Origin: Desulfovibrio sp.
GTDB taxonomy: Bacteria > Desulfobacterota > Desulfovibrionia > Desulfovibrionales > Desulfovibrionaceae
NCBI GenBank assembly: GCA_030145055.1
Contig: JAQYWK010000004.1
Coordinates: 74,701-138,700 of the forward strand
Length of the DNA: 64,000 nt
Direction: 5' to 3'
The notes under the pieces were generated by a model that saw nothing but the letters and a program-made list of their open reading frames with translations, ran no database searches and was not told the origin of the DNA. Shown in pieces: positions 1-9,463 of this stretch; positions within the stretch are counted from its first letter, which is position 1; every line of letters starts with the position of its first letter. The translations under genes and the position numbers were made by a program.

Positions 1-423
1 CCGCTAGCGGGTGCAGGCGGATTCTTGGGATTACAGCTCGAAAACATATTCATAGCTCCGCAGCCGCTGGACGTGCTGACCATGCTAGGTTTCGTTATCC
101 TGATTGGGGTCGTGGTAAATAACGCTATTCTCATTGTGCATCAGTCGCTAAACAATGTGCGACAAGGCGGAATGAATCACAAAGAGGCAGTGCTTGACGC
201 GACGAGGTCAAGGCTGCGGCCTATTTACATGTCAGCCACAACATCCATTTTCGGAATGTTGCCACTGGCTATTGCACCGGGTCCCGGTTCGGAACTCTAT
301 CGAGGCTTGGGAGCTGTGGTACTTGGAGGACTTGCGCTATCCACTGTATTCACAGTGTTCATGATTCCAGCGTTACTGATGTTCTTTATTAAGATGGAGA
401 AGATTGGTGGTGGGGAAGCATAA
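1..423 (+). CDS. RND (AcrB/AcrD/AcrF-type) efflux permease, C-terminal fragment; the 5' end lies outside the window
   Basis: The frame is open from base 1. The C-terminal TM segments (GFVILIGVVVNNAILIV, RLRPIYMSATTSIFGMLPLA, LALSTVFTVFMIPALLMFF) are typical of the last TM bundle of RND pumps. Confidence 0.8.
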   Translation, partial: PLAGAGGFLGLQLENIFIAPQPLDVLTMLGFVILIGVVVNNAILIVHQSLNNVRQGGMNHKEAVLDATRSRLRPIYMSATTSIFGMLPLAIAPGPGSELYRGLGAVVLGGLALSTVFTVFMIPALLMFFIKMEKIGGGEA

Positions 424-501
424 CAAATAAAGTCATGCGGCTTTGGCGTATGTCAAAGTCGCACATTTTAAATCTTAATAATTATTAGATGAGAGGCTGG
501 G

Positions 502-1443
502 ATGTATACTGAGAAAATTGACGTCATAATTAATGTCTTTGGAAAACCTTACCAGACAGCTCTTTCGTTACTCTCCTTGCTTGAGAAATCAGGCTCTCAC
601 ATTAATAAAATTTTCTTTCAAGAAGAGCCACTAACCGCTGAATATGAAAAAAACGATCACAGTAAAATTCTTCACTTTTTAAAAGATAAAATAATTCATT
701 TTATACCTAAGTATTGGAACGGAATTGAACCGGCAGATGAAGCGCGCCTTGCTACTGATCAAGATTATCTTCTTTCTATGCGGTATCAACATGGTTGGGA
801 GGAGTCTTCTGCAGAATACATTTTGGCCATTCATAATGATATTGATGTGAAATATGATGTTGTTCATAATCTACTTTCAGTGATTGGAGATAATACCGGA
901 GCTGGAGAGATAGGGCAGTGTTGGTGGTGCCCAGCGTCACAAAATGGATTATGTGACTCTTCAAAATATTTAGAATTTAAGCCTTCCTACCAATATTTGA
1001 TGAAAATATACAATAAAGATTTTAATCCCACAAAACGCAGAGCTTATTGTTTTGGGTTGTCTGATTCGTTCCGAGAGAATCCATGGCCACTTCCAGAATG
1101 TCGATTGAATGAGTGGTGTGCCTTAATTAATATCCGCAAAGCACGGCAAGATACAATGCCTTTTGGGACAGCAACTCCTTTCGGGGCATTTATTGCTTCT
1201 GGAGCATTTATTGGTGAAAATAGTGATCGTCCTGTTTGTCTTGATGTGGGGGTGCAGTGGTTCAGAGATTTGGTGCACGCAGGACACTCATTCATACATT
1301 ATGATGTTAATCAAGATATTAAGCATGATCGGCGTGGTAATGCTGCGTTAAATTCTCCTGAATTATATATAAAAGCTGAAATTATGGCATTGCATGAGAT
1401 TAAAGCTAGATATCCAGAGTATTACGCTTATTTGTCTGATTAA
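502..1443 (+). CDS. Hypothetical protein, 313 aa, with a possible glycosyltransferase-like N-terminus; function unknown
   Basis: Long uninterrupted ORF with GAGAGG 5 nt upstream of the ATG. It begins VIINVFGKPYQTALSLLSL, has an HNDID motif and a Cys-rich core (GQCWWCPASQNGLC). I recognise no family. Confidence 0.55.
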   Translation: MYTEKIDVIINVFGKPYQTALSLLSLLEKSGSHINKIFFQEEPLTAEYEKNDHSKILHFLKDKIIHFIPKYWNGIEPADEARLATDQDYLLSMRYQHGWEESSAEYILAIHNDIDVKYDVVHNLLSVIGDNTGAGEIGQCWWCPASQNGLCDSSKYLEFKPSYQYLMKIYNKDFNPTKRRAYCFGLSDSFRENPWPLPECRLNEWCALINIRKARQDTMPFGTATPFGAFIASGAFIGENSDRPVCLDVGVQWFRDLVHAGHSFIHYDVNQDIKHDRRGNAALNSPELYIKAEIMALHEIKARYPEYYAYLSD

Positions 1444-1461
1444 ATTGTTTCATATATATTT

Positions 1462-2175
1462 TTAAGTCATATAAACAGACCACGCGTATGACAGTGGCAT
1501 CACAATAATCAATGCCGGAATCATACTGACAACGGGAAATTGTTTTATTCCGCAGATGCGAAAGCCTGTACCCAGCATTATAAGTCCGCCACACGCAGAG
1601 AAATCAGCGAGCATGTCTGGTGTGGTGAATGGTATAATTAGGGATGCAGAAAAGTATAGCAGAGACTGCACTGTAATTTGTGGAATAGTCAGCAGTCCCA
1701 CCGCCAATCCCATTGTTGAGGCAAAAATTGGGGCTGTAAAAAGGTCCAGAATGGCTTTTACAATAAGCAGTGTAGGGTCGCCAGTCATGCCCTCACTAAG
1801 TGATCCATATACTCCTGTTCCGCTCAATGAGAATAGGATCAGTAGAGCTGCAAATTTATCTGAAAATTCCTCTTGGCTCATGTCTCCGGAAGGTTTTACC
1901 CGCTTGTTAATTAATTTTCTGCAACTGTTTGCAACTTTTTGAACTCCAGCTTCCAGTAAGCATAGTTCGCCAATGACTGATCCCAGTACTAAGGCTAAAA
2001 CTACCGGAGCAAGAAATTTAACTTTAATGATCATGGCTACGCCAAGTCCTAGGGCTGCACATCCAAAAACCATGGGCATTCGGGCCTTCAAGTTTGAATT
2101 AAGCCTAGGTCCTATGCATACTCCTGCCGCAGTGCCGACGACCAAAGCCGCTGCATCAATATAAGGTCCAAGCAT
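1462..2175 (-). CDS. DUF554-family integral membrane protein
   Basis: Polytopic membrane protein of 237 aa. The N-terminus MLGPYIDAAALVVGTAAGVCIGPRL and the overall Gly/Ala-rich TM pattern resemble YdfK/YqgA-type DUF554 proteins. Confidence 0.7.
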   Translation of the reverse strand: MLGPYIDAAALVVGTAAGVCIGPRLNSNLKARMPMVFGCAALGLGVAMIIKVKFLAPVVLALVLGSVIGELCLLEAGVQKVANSCRKLINKRVKPSGDMSQEEFSDKFAALLILFSLSGTGVYGSLSEGMTGDPTLLIVKAILDLFTAPIFASTMGLAVGLLTIPQITVQSLLYFSASLIIPFTTPDMLADFSACGGLIMLGTGFRICGIKQFPVVSMIPALIIVMPLSYAWSVYMT

Positions 2176-2241
2176 TCTATTTCCTTTTCGAGGTGTTTTT
2201 ATGATGAATATCAGGTGGTGATATAATGTCGGAGTGGTGCT

Positions 2242-2571
2242 CTAAGAAGTTTGCTCGCTGTCACATGTGAAACGGAATTCAGCCTTGTATTTAGTATAAA
2301 AAATACGCAGATGACTCTCCTGGATGCGGCCGAGTAGTTTTACATATTCTTCTTTTGAAATAGCCATCGTGACCAAAATGGGGTTGTCTTCATTGTCAAA
2401 ATAGTTTTCAGAATGAAATCGGCCATCATGCCCGAATCCCTGCTTGCCAGCGAAGAGTGTTGCTCCGCGTATGCCAAGCTGTTTTGCTTCTTTTACTATC
2501 CAATCTCCTACAGATAGTCCCATGTACTCGCGCTCGTGCTGAGTGAAAAAGGTGATGACGTATCCTTCCAT
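2242..2571 (-). CDS. DUF190 (PII-like fold) protein
   Basis: GIRGATLFAGKQGFGHDGRFH and a small alpha/beta size fit DUF190. I placed the start at the internal ATG (MEGYVITFF), which is preceded by GAGGA at 6 nt; the ORF track extends to 2604. Confidence 0.65.
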   Translation of the reverse strand: MEGYVITFFTQHEREYMGLSVGDWIVKEAKQLGIRGATLFAGKQGFGHDGRFHSENYFDNEDNPILVTMAISKEEYVKLLGRIQESHLRIFYTKYKAEFRFTCDSEQTS

Positions 2572-2745
2572 TTTCTGTCCTCTGCGTTTATATGACGATA
2601 TCAATAAAATTATTAGCTCTGACTAGAGAGGCCGAGTATTCTCAGGCCATAATAAGTGCTAGTCGGGATATGATGTATGCAAAGGACATGAGTATATCTT
2701 CATTCTGGAAGGAACAATGATATGCGTCACTTAAGGGGGAGGAAT

Positions 2746-3438
2746 TTAGAAAATAAAAAGGGAGTTTTTGGACAGATCGGCAAGCGGTGAATCGCTGATT
2801 ATTTTAATGGCTCCACGTGATTTGGAGAGAATTCCTGCTTCTTTTAGGCGAGAAATGACCCGTGCTGCAGTTTCTCTTGAAACTCCGGTCAATTCGGCAA
2901 TTTCGCCATTGGTCATGGCAAGATCAGGGCCTATTCGGGACGAAAGAAGTATCAATGCGTTTAAGATCCGCTGTTCGGCACTTTCGTCGATTAGTCCTAA
3001 AATTCTCGTGTAGGCTCCATCAAGCATATCTCCAATTGTAGTGAGAATTCCATCAACAACTTCAGGATGAGCAAGTACCCATTGCTTGAAAACATGGCAG
3101 GGGATTCCAATTAGCTTTGATTTTTCAGCAGTGCGTGCAGAGAAAAAGCGGCGCCTAGGTCTAAAGCAGGATATTGCATTTAGTGGCATCCCTCGAATCG
3201 CGACAAGACAATTAAAGTTTTTTCCTGAGGGATATTCTTTGGAGAGAATGACACATCCACTCTCTACAATGTAAAAGTATTTAGATTCATCTTCATCGTT
3301 AAAAATATATTCGCCTTTTTCATATTCTAACTGATGAGAATTATTTGCAAGTTCAGAAATGTCGTGAAGTGGTGCTCGGCTTAAATTAACATCCAATTTA
3401 AGCGTTTCAATAGTCTGCTGCATGGCTTCGTTGTTCAT
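2746..3438 (-). CDS. Crp/Fnr-family transcriptional regulator
   Basis: N-terminal cNMP-binding-like barrel (YIFNDEDESKYFYIVESGCVIL) and a C-terminal HTH (NGEIAELTGVSRETAARVISRLKEAGIL). Start chosen at the ATG after GAAGGA; the track ORF starts at a TTG at 3459. Confidence 0.8.
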   Translation of the reverse strand: MNNEAMQQTIETLKLDVNLSRAPLHDISELANNSHQLEYEKGEYIFNDEDESKYFYIVESGCVILSKEYPSGKNFNCLVAIRGMPLNAISCFRPRRRFFSARTAEKSKLIGIPCHVFKQWVLAHPEVVDGILTTIGDMLDGAYTRILGLIDESAEQRILNALILLSSRIGPDLAMTNGEIAELTGVSRETAARVISRLKEAGILSKSRGAIKIISDSPLADLSKNSLFIF

Positions 3439-3507
3439 AATCATTCCTTCGCATAGCAAAACGAATCAAATCAGCAAAATAATCAGAATTACAGTGAAGA
3501 ACTTTAC

Positions 3508-4668
3508 TTACTTAAATTCTTTCACATACTTCTCAAATCTTTTCATACCTTCTTCCAAATTCTCGATAGAGTTTGCGTATGAAAATCTGATGAATCCTTC
3601 TGCGCCTTCTCCGAAATCAATTCCGGGAGTTACGCCTATTTCTGCTTTTTCGAGTATGTCGAAAGCGAGCTTGTAGGAACTTCCTTCGAACTTCTCCGCA
3701 TAAGATTTCATGTTAACCAAAATGTAGAATGCTCCGGTTGGTTCAACTTTAATATCGAATCCTATTTCGCGAAGTCGTTTGACAAGAAATTTGCGCCGCT
3801 CATTGTAGATACCTTTGATGCGGTTAACGTCATCCCAAGATTCTGTTAGTGCGGCTACTCCGGCCCATTGCGCCATTGAGTTGGCTGATATGAAAAAGTT
3901 CTGACAAAGCTTCTGTAGCGGCCGTACATACTTCTCCGGTGCGATCAAATACCCGAGTCTCCAGCCTGTCATTGCAAATAGCTTTGAGAAGCCGTTTAAG
4001 ACGAATGCGTGGTCTGTGTACTCGAGGATCGAGTGTTCCTGTTCACCGTAAACTAATCCGTGGTAAATTTCGTCTGATATAATCCAAGGTCCTAATTCTG
4101 CAATCTTTTTCATGTTCTCAGGAGAAAGAAGGGTCCCTGTGGGATTAGACGGAGAGTTGATTAGAATCGCTTTCGTTTTGTCTGTGATAGCTTTCTTTAT
4201 TTCTTCGGGACGGAACTGGAATCCATCGTCTTCGCTTGTGAGGACTTTGACTGGATCTGCACCCGCAAATTTAATGAAATTATCGTAGCAGGCATAGCAA
4301 GGGTCGGATGTGATGACATTATCTCCCTGATCGAGAATGAAGGTGAATAGCAGGAGCATGGCAGGTGATGTACCCTGAGTCACGATTATACGGCCCGGAT
4401 CGACATCTACATTATACCTTTCTTTATGATATTTGCTGATGGCATTGCGTAGCTCTGGAATGCCTAGGCTGTGCGTATAATGTGTTTCACCTTTATCTAA
4501 CGCTTCACAACACGCTTTTTTGATGCATTCAGGGGTATCGAAATCAGGCTCCCCGATCTCCATGTGAATTATATTTCTTCCTTCGCGTTCCATTTTCTGT
4601 GCGGCTTCAAGGACATCCATGACCAGAAAAGGTGTAATCTCGCAAGCGCGTTTAGAAATACATTCCAT
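3508..4668 (-). CDS. Class I/II pyridoxal-phosphate aminotransferase (aspartate/aromatic aminotransferase-like)
   Basis: Carries the NSPSNPTG motif and the PLP-lysine motif NGFSKLFAMTGWRLGY. The 386-aa length is typical. Confidence 0.85.
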   Translation of the reverse strand: MECISKRACEITPFLVMDVLEAAQKMEREGRNIIHMEIGEPDFDTPECIKKACCEALDKGETHYTHSLGIPELRNAISKYHKERYNVDVDPGRIIVTQGTSPAMLLLFTFILDQGDNVITSDPCYACYDNFIKFAGADPVKVLTSEDDGFQFRPEEIKKAITDKTKAILINSPSNPTGTLLSPENMKKIAELGPWIISDEIYHGLVYGEQEHSILEYTDHAFVLNGFSKLFAMTGWRLGYLIAPEKYVRPLQKLCQNFFISANSMAQWAGVAALTESWDDVNRIKGIYNERRKFLVKRLREIGFDIKVEPTGAFYILVNMKSYAEKFEGSSYKLAFDILEKAEIGVTPGIDFGEGAEGFIRFSYANSIENLEEGMKRFEKYVKEFK

Positions 4669-4866
4669 GATAAACTCCTTATCAAACTGTGATCAGTCCG
4701 CATATATATGGCTAATTGATAGTGAATACGTTGTTGTTTGTCGTCTTGAAACGGATGTATACAGGCTCATAACGCTAAGTGCAATAAGCTTGCTCATGTT
4801 TGCCTACTGGAGTAACTACTCACGCCATATGTTGACGGGAAAATATTTTAATGATGTGGTTTGCCC

Positions 4867-5451
4867 ATGAAGATCCTTCTGATTGATAACAACGACAGTT
4901 TTACTAATAACCTCGAGCATCTGCTGGTCAAAGAGATAGCAGGAGCGCGGGTTGCTGTTGTTCCACATTCAGATGTTTTGCCGTGCGCTGAAAATGTTGC
5001 TAATGAGCATGCAAAGTTATCTTTTGATGTCGATGATTTTGATTTATTTGTCCTGTCACCCGGACCCGGTAAACCTCAAGATTATAGTGGTTATGGACCT
5101 TTGCTTGACTCAGGCAAACCCGTGCTGGGTATATGTCTCGGTATGCAGATTATTAATGAGCATTTCGGCGGCAGAATTTCGCGCTTGGAAGGTTGTTTTC
5201 ACGGTCGCACTGAGAAGATATACTTCGCGGGCCACCATTTAGCCGTGGCCAGATATCATTCTCTTTATTGCGAAATAGTCGGGCAGGGATTGGAAGTTAT
5301 TGCCGCAAATAGTCAGAATGTACCAATGGCAATAGCCCATAATGAGCGTCCTTTGCTTGGATATCAATTTCATCCAGAATCATTTTTAACCGAAGATGCC
5401 GGAGTTTTTATTGACTACGCCCTCGATTTTTTCGGAATCAGTTTGCTTTGA
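4867..5451 (+). CDS. pabA: Glutamine amidotransferase component II of aminodeoxychorismate/anthranilate synthase
   Basis: Class-I GATase motifs: LGICLGMQ (catalytic Cys) and FHPES. It precedes chorismate-binding and class IV aminotransferase genes. The ATG at 4867 is preferred over the TTG at 4861. Confidence 0.8.
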   Translation: MKILLIDNNDSFTNNLEHLLVKEIAGARVAVVPHSDVLPCAENVANEHAKLSFDVDDFDLFVLSPGPGKPQDYSGYGPLLDSGKPVLGICLGMQIINEHFGGRISRLEGCFHGRTEKIYFAGHHLAVARYHSLYCEIVGQGLEVIAANSQNVPMAIAHNERPLLGYQFHPESFLTEDAGVFIDYALDFFGISLL

Positions 5452-6724
5452 CAGATTCCGCGAAATTGCGTCTCATTTTGTAAAATTACATAATGCGGAC
5501 GTCCTTTTGACTTCTCCGGGATTCGGTGAATGCGGACAAAGTTTTATCGGACTGTTTCCTGATGGCGAGCTTGTTGTTTGCGCTGAGTTTCTAGCTGTGT
5601 CCTCAGTCGATTCTTATGCTGATTCCATTGTGCTGGACGTTAAAGATTTTGCCTTTTCAGATGATAGGCCGACCATCGGGTATGTCAGCTATGAATGCGG
5701 ACAGGCTGTGCGCTCCGTATCAACTGAAAAGTCTACACAGTATCCATTTGTTCATCTCAAAAAATATAAGGCCGTATTGGTCCACGATGAAGCTGAGTCC
5801 CGTGTAAAATGTTTGTGTGCTGATGACGAGCTTACTTTTTCTATAGCTCAGGAAATGCAAGAGGCTGGCTCAATTGTTGACACTGACTTGCCGAATATTT
5901 CCATTCAAGATGTGAGCATGTCACTTAATCAGAGTGAGTATGAAGATGGTGTGCGTGATACCTTGGAGTATATTAAAGACGGGCTTACGTACCAGCTTAA
6001 TCTTTCTACAATGCTTAGTCTTAGGCTCGATGAACTTGATCCGGCCGCGTGGTTTTTTGCGCTAAATAAAAATTTTCCTGCACCTTATTATGCAATGTTT
6101 CAATCCGGCGATAAGCATATTATATCAACATCTCCTGAGTTGTTTTTACGCGTTGAGGGTGGCAAGGTTACATCTGAACCAATCAAAGGTACGTTGCATT
6201 TCGATGACTATTATCCTGAGCTTGAAGACGAATTAACATCATCTCCGAAGGAAGATGCAGAGCTGTCCATGATTGTTGATCTCGTGCGCAATGATATCTC
6301 CGCGGATTGTAAATATGGATCAGTGATTGTAGAGAACCATAAGTCCGTATTTGCTGTGGATAAACTGCTCCAGATGTACAGCCGAGTGCGCGGTGAACTT
6401 GCCGAAGGGCGTGATTGCCTCGACTTGTTTTTCAATGCTTTCCCCGGCGGTTCTATTACAGGATGCCCGAAGAAAAGTTCGATGGAACTGATTGAAAAAC
6501 TTGAGCCGCATGGGCGCGGACCGTATTGCGGAAGTGTCGTTGTTATCAACGGGCCACAGGATATGGTCTCATCAATTGCTATAAGGACGGCAGTCTATGA
6601 CCAGACGACAAAGGATCTGACCTATTGGGCCGGAAGCGGGATTGTGATCGATTCAAAGCCGGAAGCAGAGTATTTGGAAACACTTGCCAAGGCGGGAAAA
6701 ATTTTAAATCCATCGCAGAGTTAA
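5396..6724 (+). CDS. pabB: Chorismate-binding enzyme, aminodeoxychorismate synthase component I
   Basis: C-terminal chorismate-binding signature: SPELFLRV, KGT, EDAELSMIVDLVRND, FPGGSITGCPK, RGPYCGSV. The start is uncertain because the ATG at 5396 overlaps pabA by 56 nt. Confidence 0.75.
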   Translation: MPEFLLTTPSIFSESVCFDRFREIASHFVKLHNADVLLTSPGFGECGQSFIGLFPDGELVVCAEFLAVSSVDSYADSIVLDVKDFAFSDDRPTIGYVSYECGQAVRSVSTEKSTQYPFVHLKKYKAVLVHDEAESRVKCLCADDELTFSIAQEMQEAGSIVDTDLPNISIQDVSMSLNQSEYEDGVRDTLEYIKDGLTYQLNLSTMLSLRLDELDPAAWFFALNKNFPAPYYAMFQSGDKHIISTSPELFLRVEGGKVTSEPIKGTLHFDDYYPELEDELTSSPKEDAELSMIVDLVRNDISADCKYGSVIVENHKSVFAVDKLLQMYSRVRGELAEGRDCLDLFFNAFPGGSITGCPKKSSMELIEKLEPHGRGPYCGSVVVINGPQDMVSSIAIRTAVYDQTTKDLTYWAGSGIVIDSKPEAEYLETLAKAGKILNPSQS

Positions 6725-6736
6725 GTTGGAGGATTC

Positions 6737-7504
6737 ATGATTTATTATAGAAACGGTAAATTGGCCGAAAATTCAGTTCAAATGGATTTATCGCAGCCGG
6801 GGTTCAGAACAGGATATGGTGTTTTCGAAACCCTTGCGTGGAACGGAAACAAAGTTTGCCACTTGAATTTGCACTTAGAGCGCGCCCGCGTTAGTCTCAA
6901 AGAATTTAAGATAATTGAAGACTCAATAGATTATGAACAGATCATCGCAGAAGTTGTTGAGGCTAATGGCCTTCAAAATAGTTTCGCGCGGGTGAATATA
7001 TTTTTCCCTTCAGAGGGCGGCAAAGCTGTTCCTATCATTACCGCTGTGCCGCATCAGGATGCGCCGGACTTAGTCTGGTCGCTTATGCTCGCTAAAGAGG
7101 TATTCCTTTCGCCGCTCATGCGTCATAAAAGTATGAACCGGATGGATTACCTTAACGCGTGGCGGGATGCTCAGAGTGAAGGTTTTAATGATGCTCTGTT
7201 ACATGATTTCGAAGGCAGGGTGCTTGAGTCTTCATTTGCATCACTTATCTTTCAGAAAGGGGACCGCTATATTGAACCGCAAACAGAATATAAGTTGCCG
7301 GGTACTTCGCAGATTATCGCTTCTAAGTATATAAATATTGAATCTGAGCCTGTGTTTTTAAAGTCTGTACACGAATTTGATCATGTCTTCGCCCTTAACT
7401 CACTTGGCGGCATGATTCCAATATCAGCAATCGGTGATGTTCATTTTGAGGTAAACCATGATGTGGCTAGGGAAATTACTAATCATATTCTCGAGCTTGT
7501 TTAA
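6737..7504 (+). CDS. pabC: Class IV aminotransferase-fold protein, probable aminodeoxychorismate lyase
   Basis: Sits immediately after pabA-pabB. The size (255 aa) and motifs (GYGVFETL, FNDALLHD) fit the branched-chain/ADC-lyase fold. Assignment as PabC rests partly on context. Confidence 0.6.
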   Translation: MIYYRNGKLAENSVQMDLSQPGFRTGYGVFETLAWNGNKVCHLNLHLERARVSLKEFKIIEDSIDYEQIIAEVVEANGLQNSFARVNIFFPSEGGKAVPIITAVPHQDAPDLVWSLMLAKEVFLSPLMRHKSMNRMDYLNAWRDAQSEGFNDALLHDFEGRVLESSFASLIFQKGDRYIEPQTEYKLPGTSQIIASKYINIESEPVFLKSVHEFDHVFALNSLGGMIPISAIGDVHFEVNHDVAREITNHILELV

Positions 7505-7545
7505 TTTGCTTTGAAGCTCCGCTACAAATTTACTGAGACCAAAAA

Positions 7546-7574
7546 AACGCCCTTTACATAATGTAAAGGGCGTT
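7546..7574. terminator. Bidirectional rho-independent terminator between pabC and trpS
   Basis: Perfect 13-bp stem AACGCCCTTTACA / TGTAAAGGGCGTT, flanked by an A-run upstream and T-rich sequence downstream. Confidence 0.8.
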
Positions 7575-7625
7575 TTCATTTTACTACTTTCAGCGAAACG
7601 GTTTCGAACTAAGGTCAAAACTAAA

Positions 7626-8621
7626 TTAGAAATTGAATCCGATCTTTTCGCGAATTTCTTCCATATTCTGCTGTGCTCTAGCGCGAGCTTTTGCTGTACC
7701 GTCAGCTAGAATCTGCCAGACTAGGTCTGGGTTCTCGTCGAGATGGGCGCGTCTTTCGTGCATAGGTGCAAGGAAGTTAGCCATGTTTTCAGCGAGAAGC
7801 TTCTTACAATCGACACAACCCCATGATGCGTTGCGGCAGCCTTCTTCGATTTCAGCACACTTTTCACTGTCAGTGAGAAGCTTGTGATACGGGTACAGGT
7901 TACAAACTTCAGGATCTCCAACGTCGGTTTTACGCATTCTGTTGGAGTCTGTGAGCATGCTCATAACTTTGGGGCGCATTTCTTCAGCTGATTCGCCGAG
8001 GAAAATACCGTTGTTGTAGCTCTTGCTCATTTTGCGACCATCAAGGCCTGGAAGTTTTGCGTCTTCAGTGAGCATTGCTTCAGGCTCAGGAAAATGTTCG
8101 CCGTTGAGGTGATTAAATCTGCGAGCGATTTCTCTTGCAAGTTCAAGGTGAGGCAACTGATCGTGTCCTACAGGTACGCGTGAAGGCTTGTACATGAGAA
8201 TGTCTGTAGCCATCAACACGGGGTAGCCGAGGAAGCCATATGTAGCCAAATCTTTCTGGCTGAGTTCCTGACGGATTTCTTTATATGTAGGATTGCGTTC
8301 AAGCCAGCCAACCGGTGTCAGCATGGAAAGAATCAAATGCAGCTCAGCATGTTCTTTTACTTGAGACTGGTGGAAAATTGTACATTTTTCAGGATCAATT
8401 CCTGCGGCAAGCCAGTCTTTTACGAGTTCAGGAACAAATTCTTTGATACGTCTGGGGTCTGTGTATTCGCTGGTTAGCGCATGCCAGTCAGCAACGAAGA
8501 AAAAACATTCGTTGTCTTCCTGAATTTTTAACCAGTTAACAAGAACTCCGAAATAATGTCCTAAATGAAGGCGGCCTGTAGGTCTCATGCCTGAAACGAT
8601 GCGATTGTTTATTTTGCTCAT
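7626..8621 (-). CDS. trpS: Tryptophan--tRNA ligase
   Basis: Class I signatures GRLHLGHY (HIGH) and KMSKS. The 331-aa length and overall pattern match bacterial TrpRS. Confidence 0.95.
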   Translation of the reverse strand: MSKINNRIVSGMRPTGRLHLGHYFGVLVNWLKIQEDNECFFFVADWHALTSEYTDPRRIKEFVPELVKDWLAAGIDPEKCTIFHQSQVKEHAELHLILSMLTPVGWLERNPTYKEIRQELSQKDLATYGFLGYPVLMATDILMYKPSRVPVGHDQLPHLELAREIARRFNHLNGEHFPEPEAMLTEDAKLPGLDGRKMSKSYNNGIFLGESAEEMRPKVMSMLTDSNRMRKTDVGDPEVCNLYPYHKLLTDSEKCAEIEEGCRNASWGCVDCKKLLAENMANFLAPMHERRAHLDENPDLVWQILADGTAKARARAQQNMEEIREKIGFNF

Positions 8622-8644
8622 GGTCCGATAGTAATGTTAGTGTT

Positions 8645-9283
8645 TTAGTAGAGGAGCAGTTTGTAGAAAAAGAATATTGCAGGGCTGATAATTTTTCCGA
8701 GAAGTCCGAGAACTGCTAGCAAGATGACAATGATAAAGCCGTATTTAAACGACATGTATTTATAAGCTAATTCGCGTGGCAGAAATCCGGCAAGGATTTT
8801 ACTACCGTCTAATGGTGGAAGGGGAATTAGATTAAAAAAGCATATGGCTAAATTTATGATTACGCCTGATTTTGATATTAGCGCTACTGGTTCAACTACT
8901 TTCAGCATAGTTGGAGAAAGTCCGTTCAGGTCAAGACCAATAAGCCCTTTAAGTATCATGGCAAATAAAATAGCAAGAATCATATTGGCAGCGGGGCCGG
9001 CAAGAGAAACAAGCATCATGTCCCGCTGAGGATTCTTGAAATATGAAGGGTTTACCGGGACAGGTTTTGCCCAACCGATCATGCGGGTCATAATCAGCGC
9101 TAATGTACCCAAAGGGTCAAGGTGCTTTAATGGATTTAAAGTAAGGCGTCCCGCATCTTTTGCTGTGGGATCCCCAAGCAAGTACGCGGCATAACCATGC
9201 GCTGCCTCATGGCAAGTGATTGCCAGAAGGAAGGGGAGAGCAAGTATGCTTATTTCTTTGATTGTATTTGCGATGTCGAACAT
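8645..9283 (-). CDS. Site-2 protease family (M50) membrane metallopeptidase
   Basis: HEAAHGYAA (HExxH) lies in the first TM region, LIPLPPLDGSKIL matches the second conserved motif, and the protein is polytopic. Confidence 0.8.
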   Translation of the reverse strand: MFDIANTIKEISILALPFLLAITCHEAAHGYAAYLLGDPTAKDAGRLTLNPLKHLDPLGTLALIMTRMIGWAKPVPVNPSYFKNPQRDMMLVSLAGPAANMILAILFAMILKGLIGLDLNGLSPTMLKVVEPVALISKSGVIINLAICFFNLIPLPPLDGSKILAGFLPRELAYKYMSFKYGFIIVILLAVLGLLGKIISPAIFFFYKLLLY

Positions 9284-9323
9284 TGGTATCCATTTGTTCG
9301 CTTATTTGAAGGGGGAAAATAAA

Positions 9324-9400
9324 TGGCAGGCCAGGAGGGATTCGAACCCGCAACATCCGGTTTTGGAGACCGGCGTTCTAGCCGTTAGAACTACTGGCCT
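9324..9400 (-). tRNA. tRNA-Trp (anticodon CCA), with the 3' CCA encoded
   Basis: Reverse complement folds as a cloverleaf: AGGCCAG-UA-GUUC..GAAC-G-CCGGU CUCCAAA ACCGG-AUGUU-GCGGG UUCGAAU CCCUC-CUGGCCU-G-CCA. The 7-bp acceptor stem, T-loop GTTCGAAT and CCA anticodon are all visible by hand. It closely parallels E. coli tRNA-Trp. Confidence 0.9.
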
Positions 9401-9463
9401 GCATTTATGAACTCTTCTTACGAAGAAGTCATGTGGGTGCTATCACGAACTTTCAGCATGGGC

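Noticed and set aside
2605-2745. Possible fluoride (crcB-motif) riboswitch upstream of the DUF190 gene. DUF190 is often linked to fluoride-resistance loci.
   Set aside because: Reading the minus strand, I could not find the conserved crcB-motif core or pseudoknot elements. No crcB or CLC-F gene is adjacent either.
5396-5451. 56-nt overlap of pabA and pabB, a possible fusion or frameshift.
   Set aside because: Both frames are intact with their own motifs, so an overlap or a downstream non-ATG start for pabB is the simplest reading. Nothing indicates a pseudogene.
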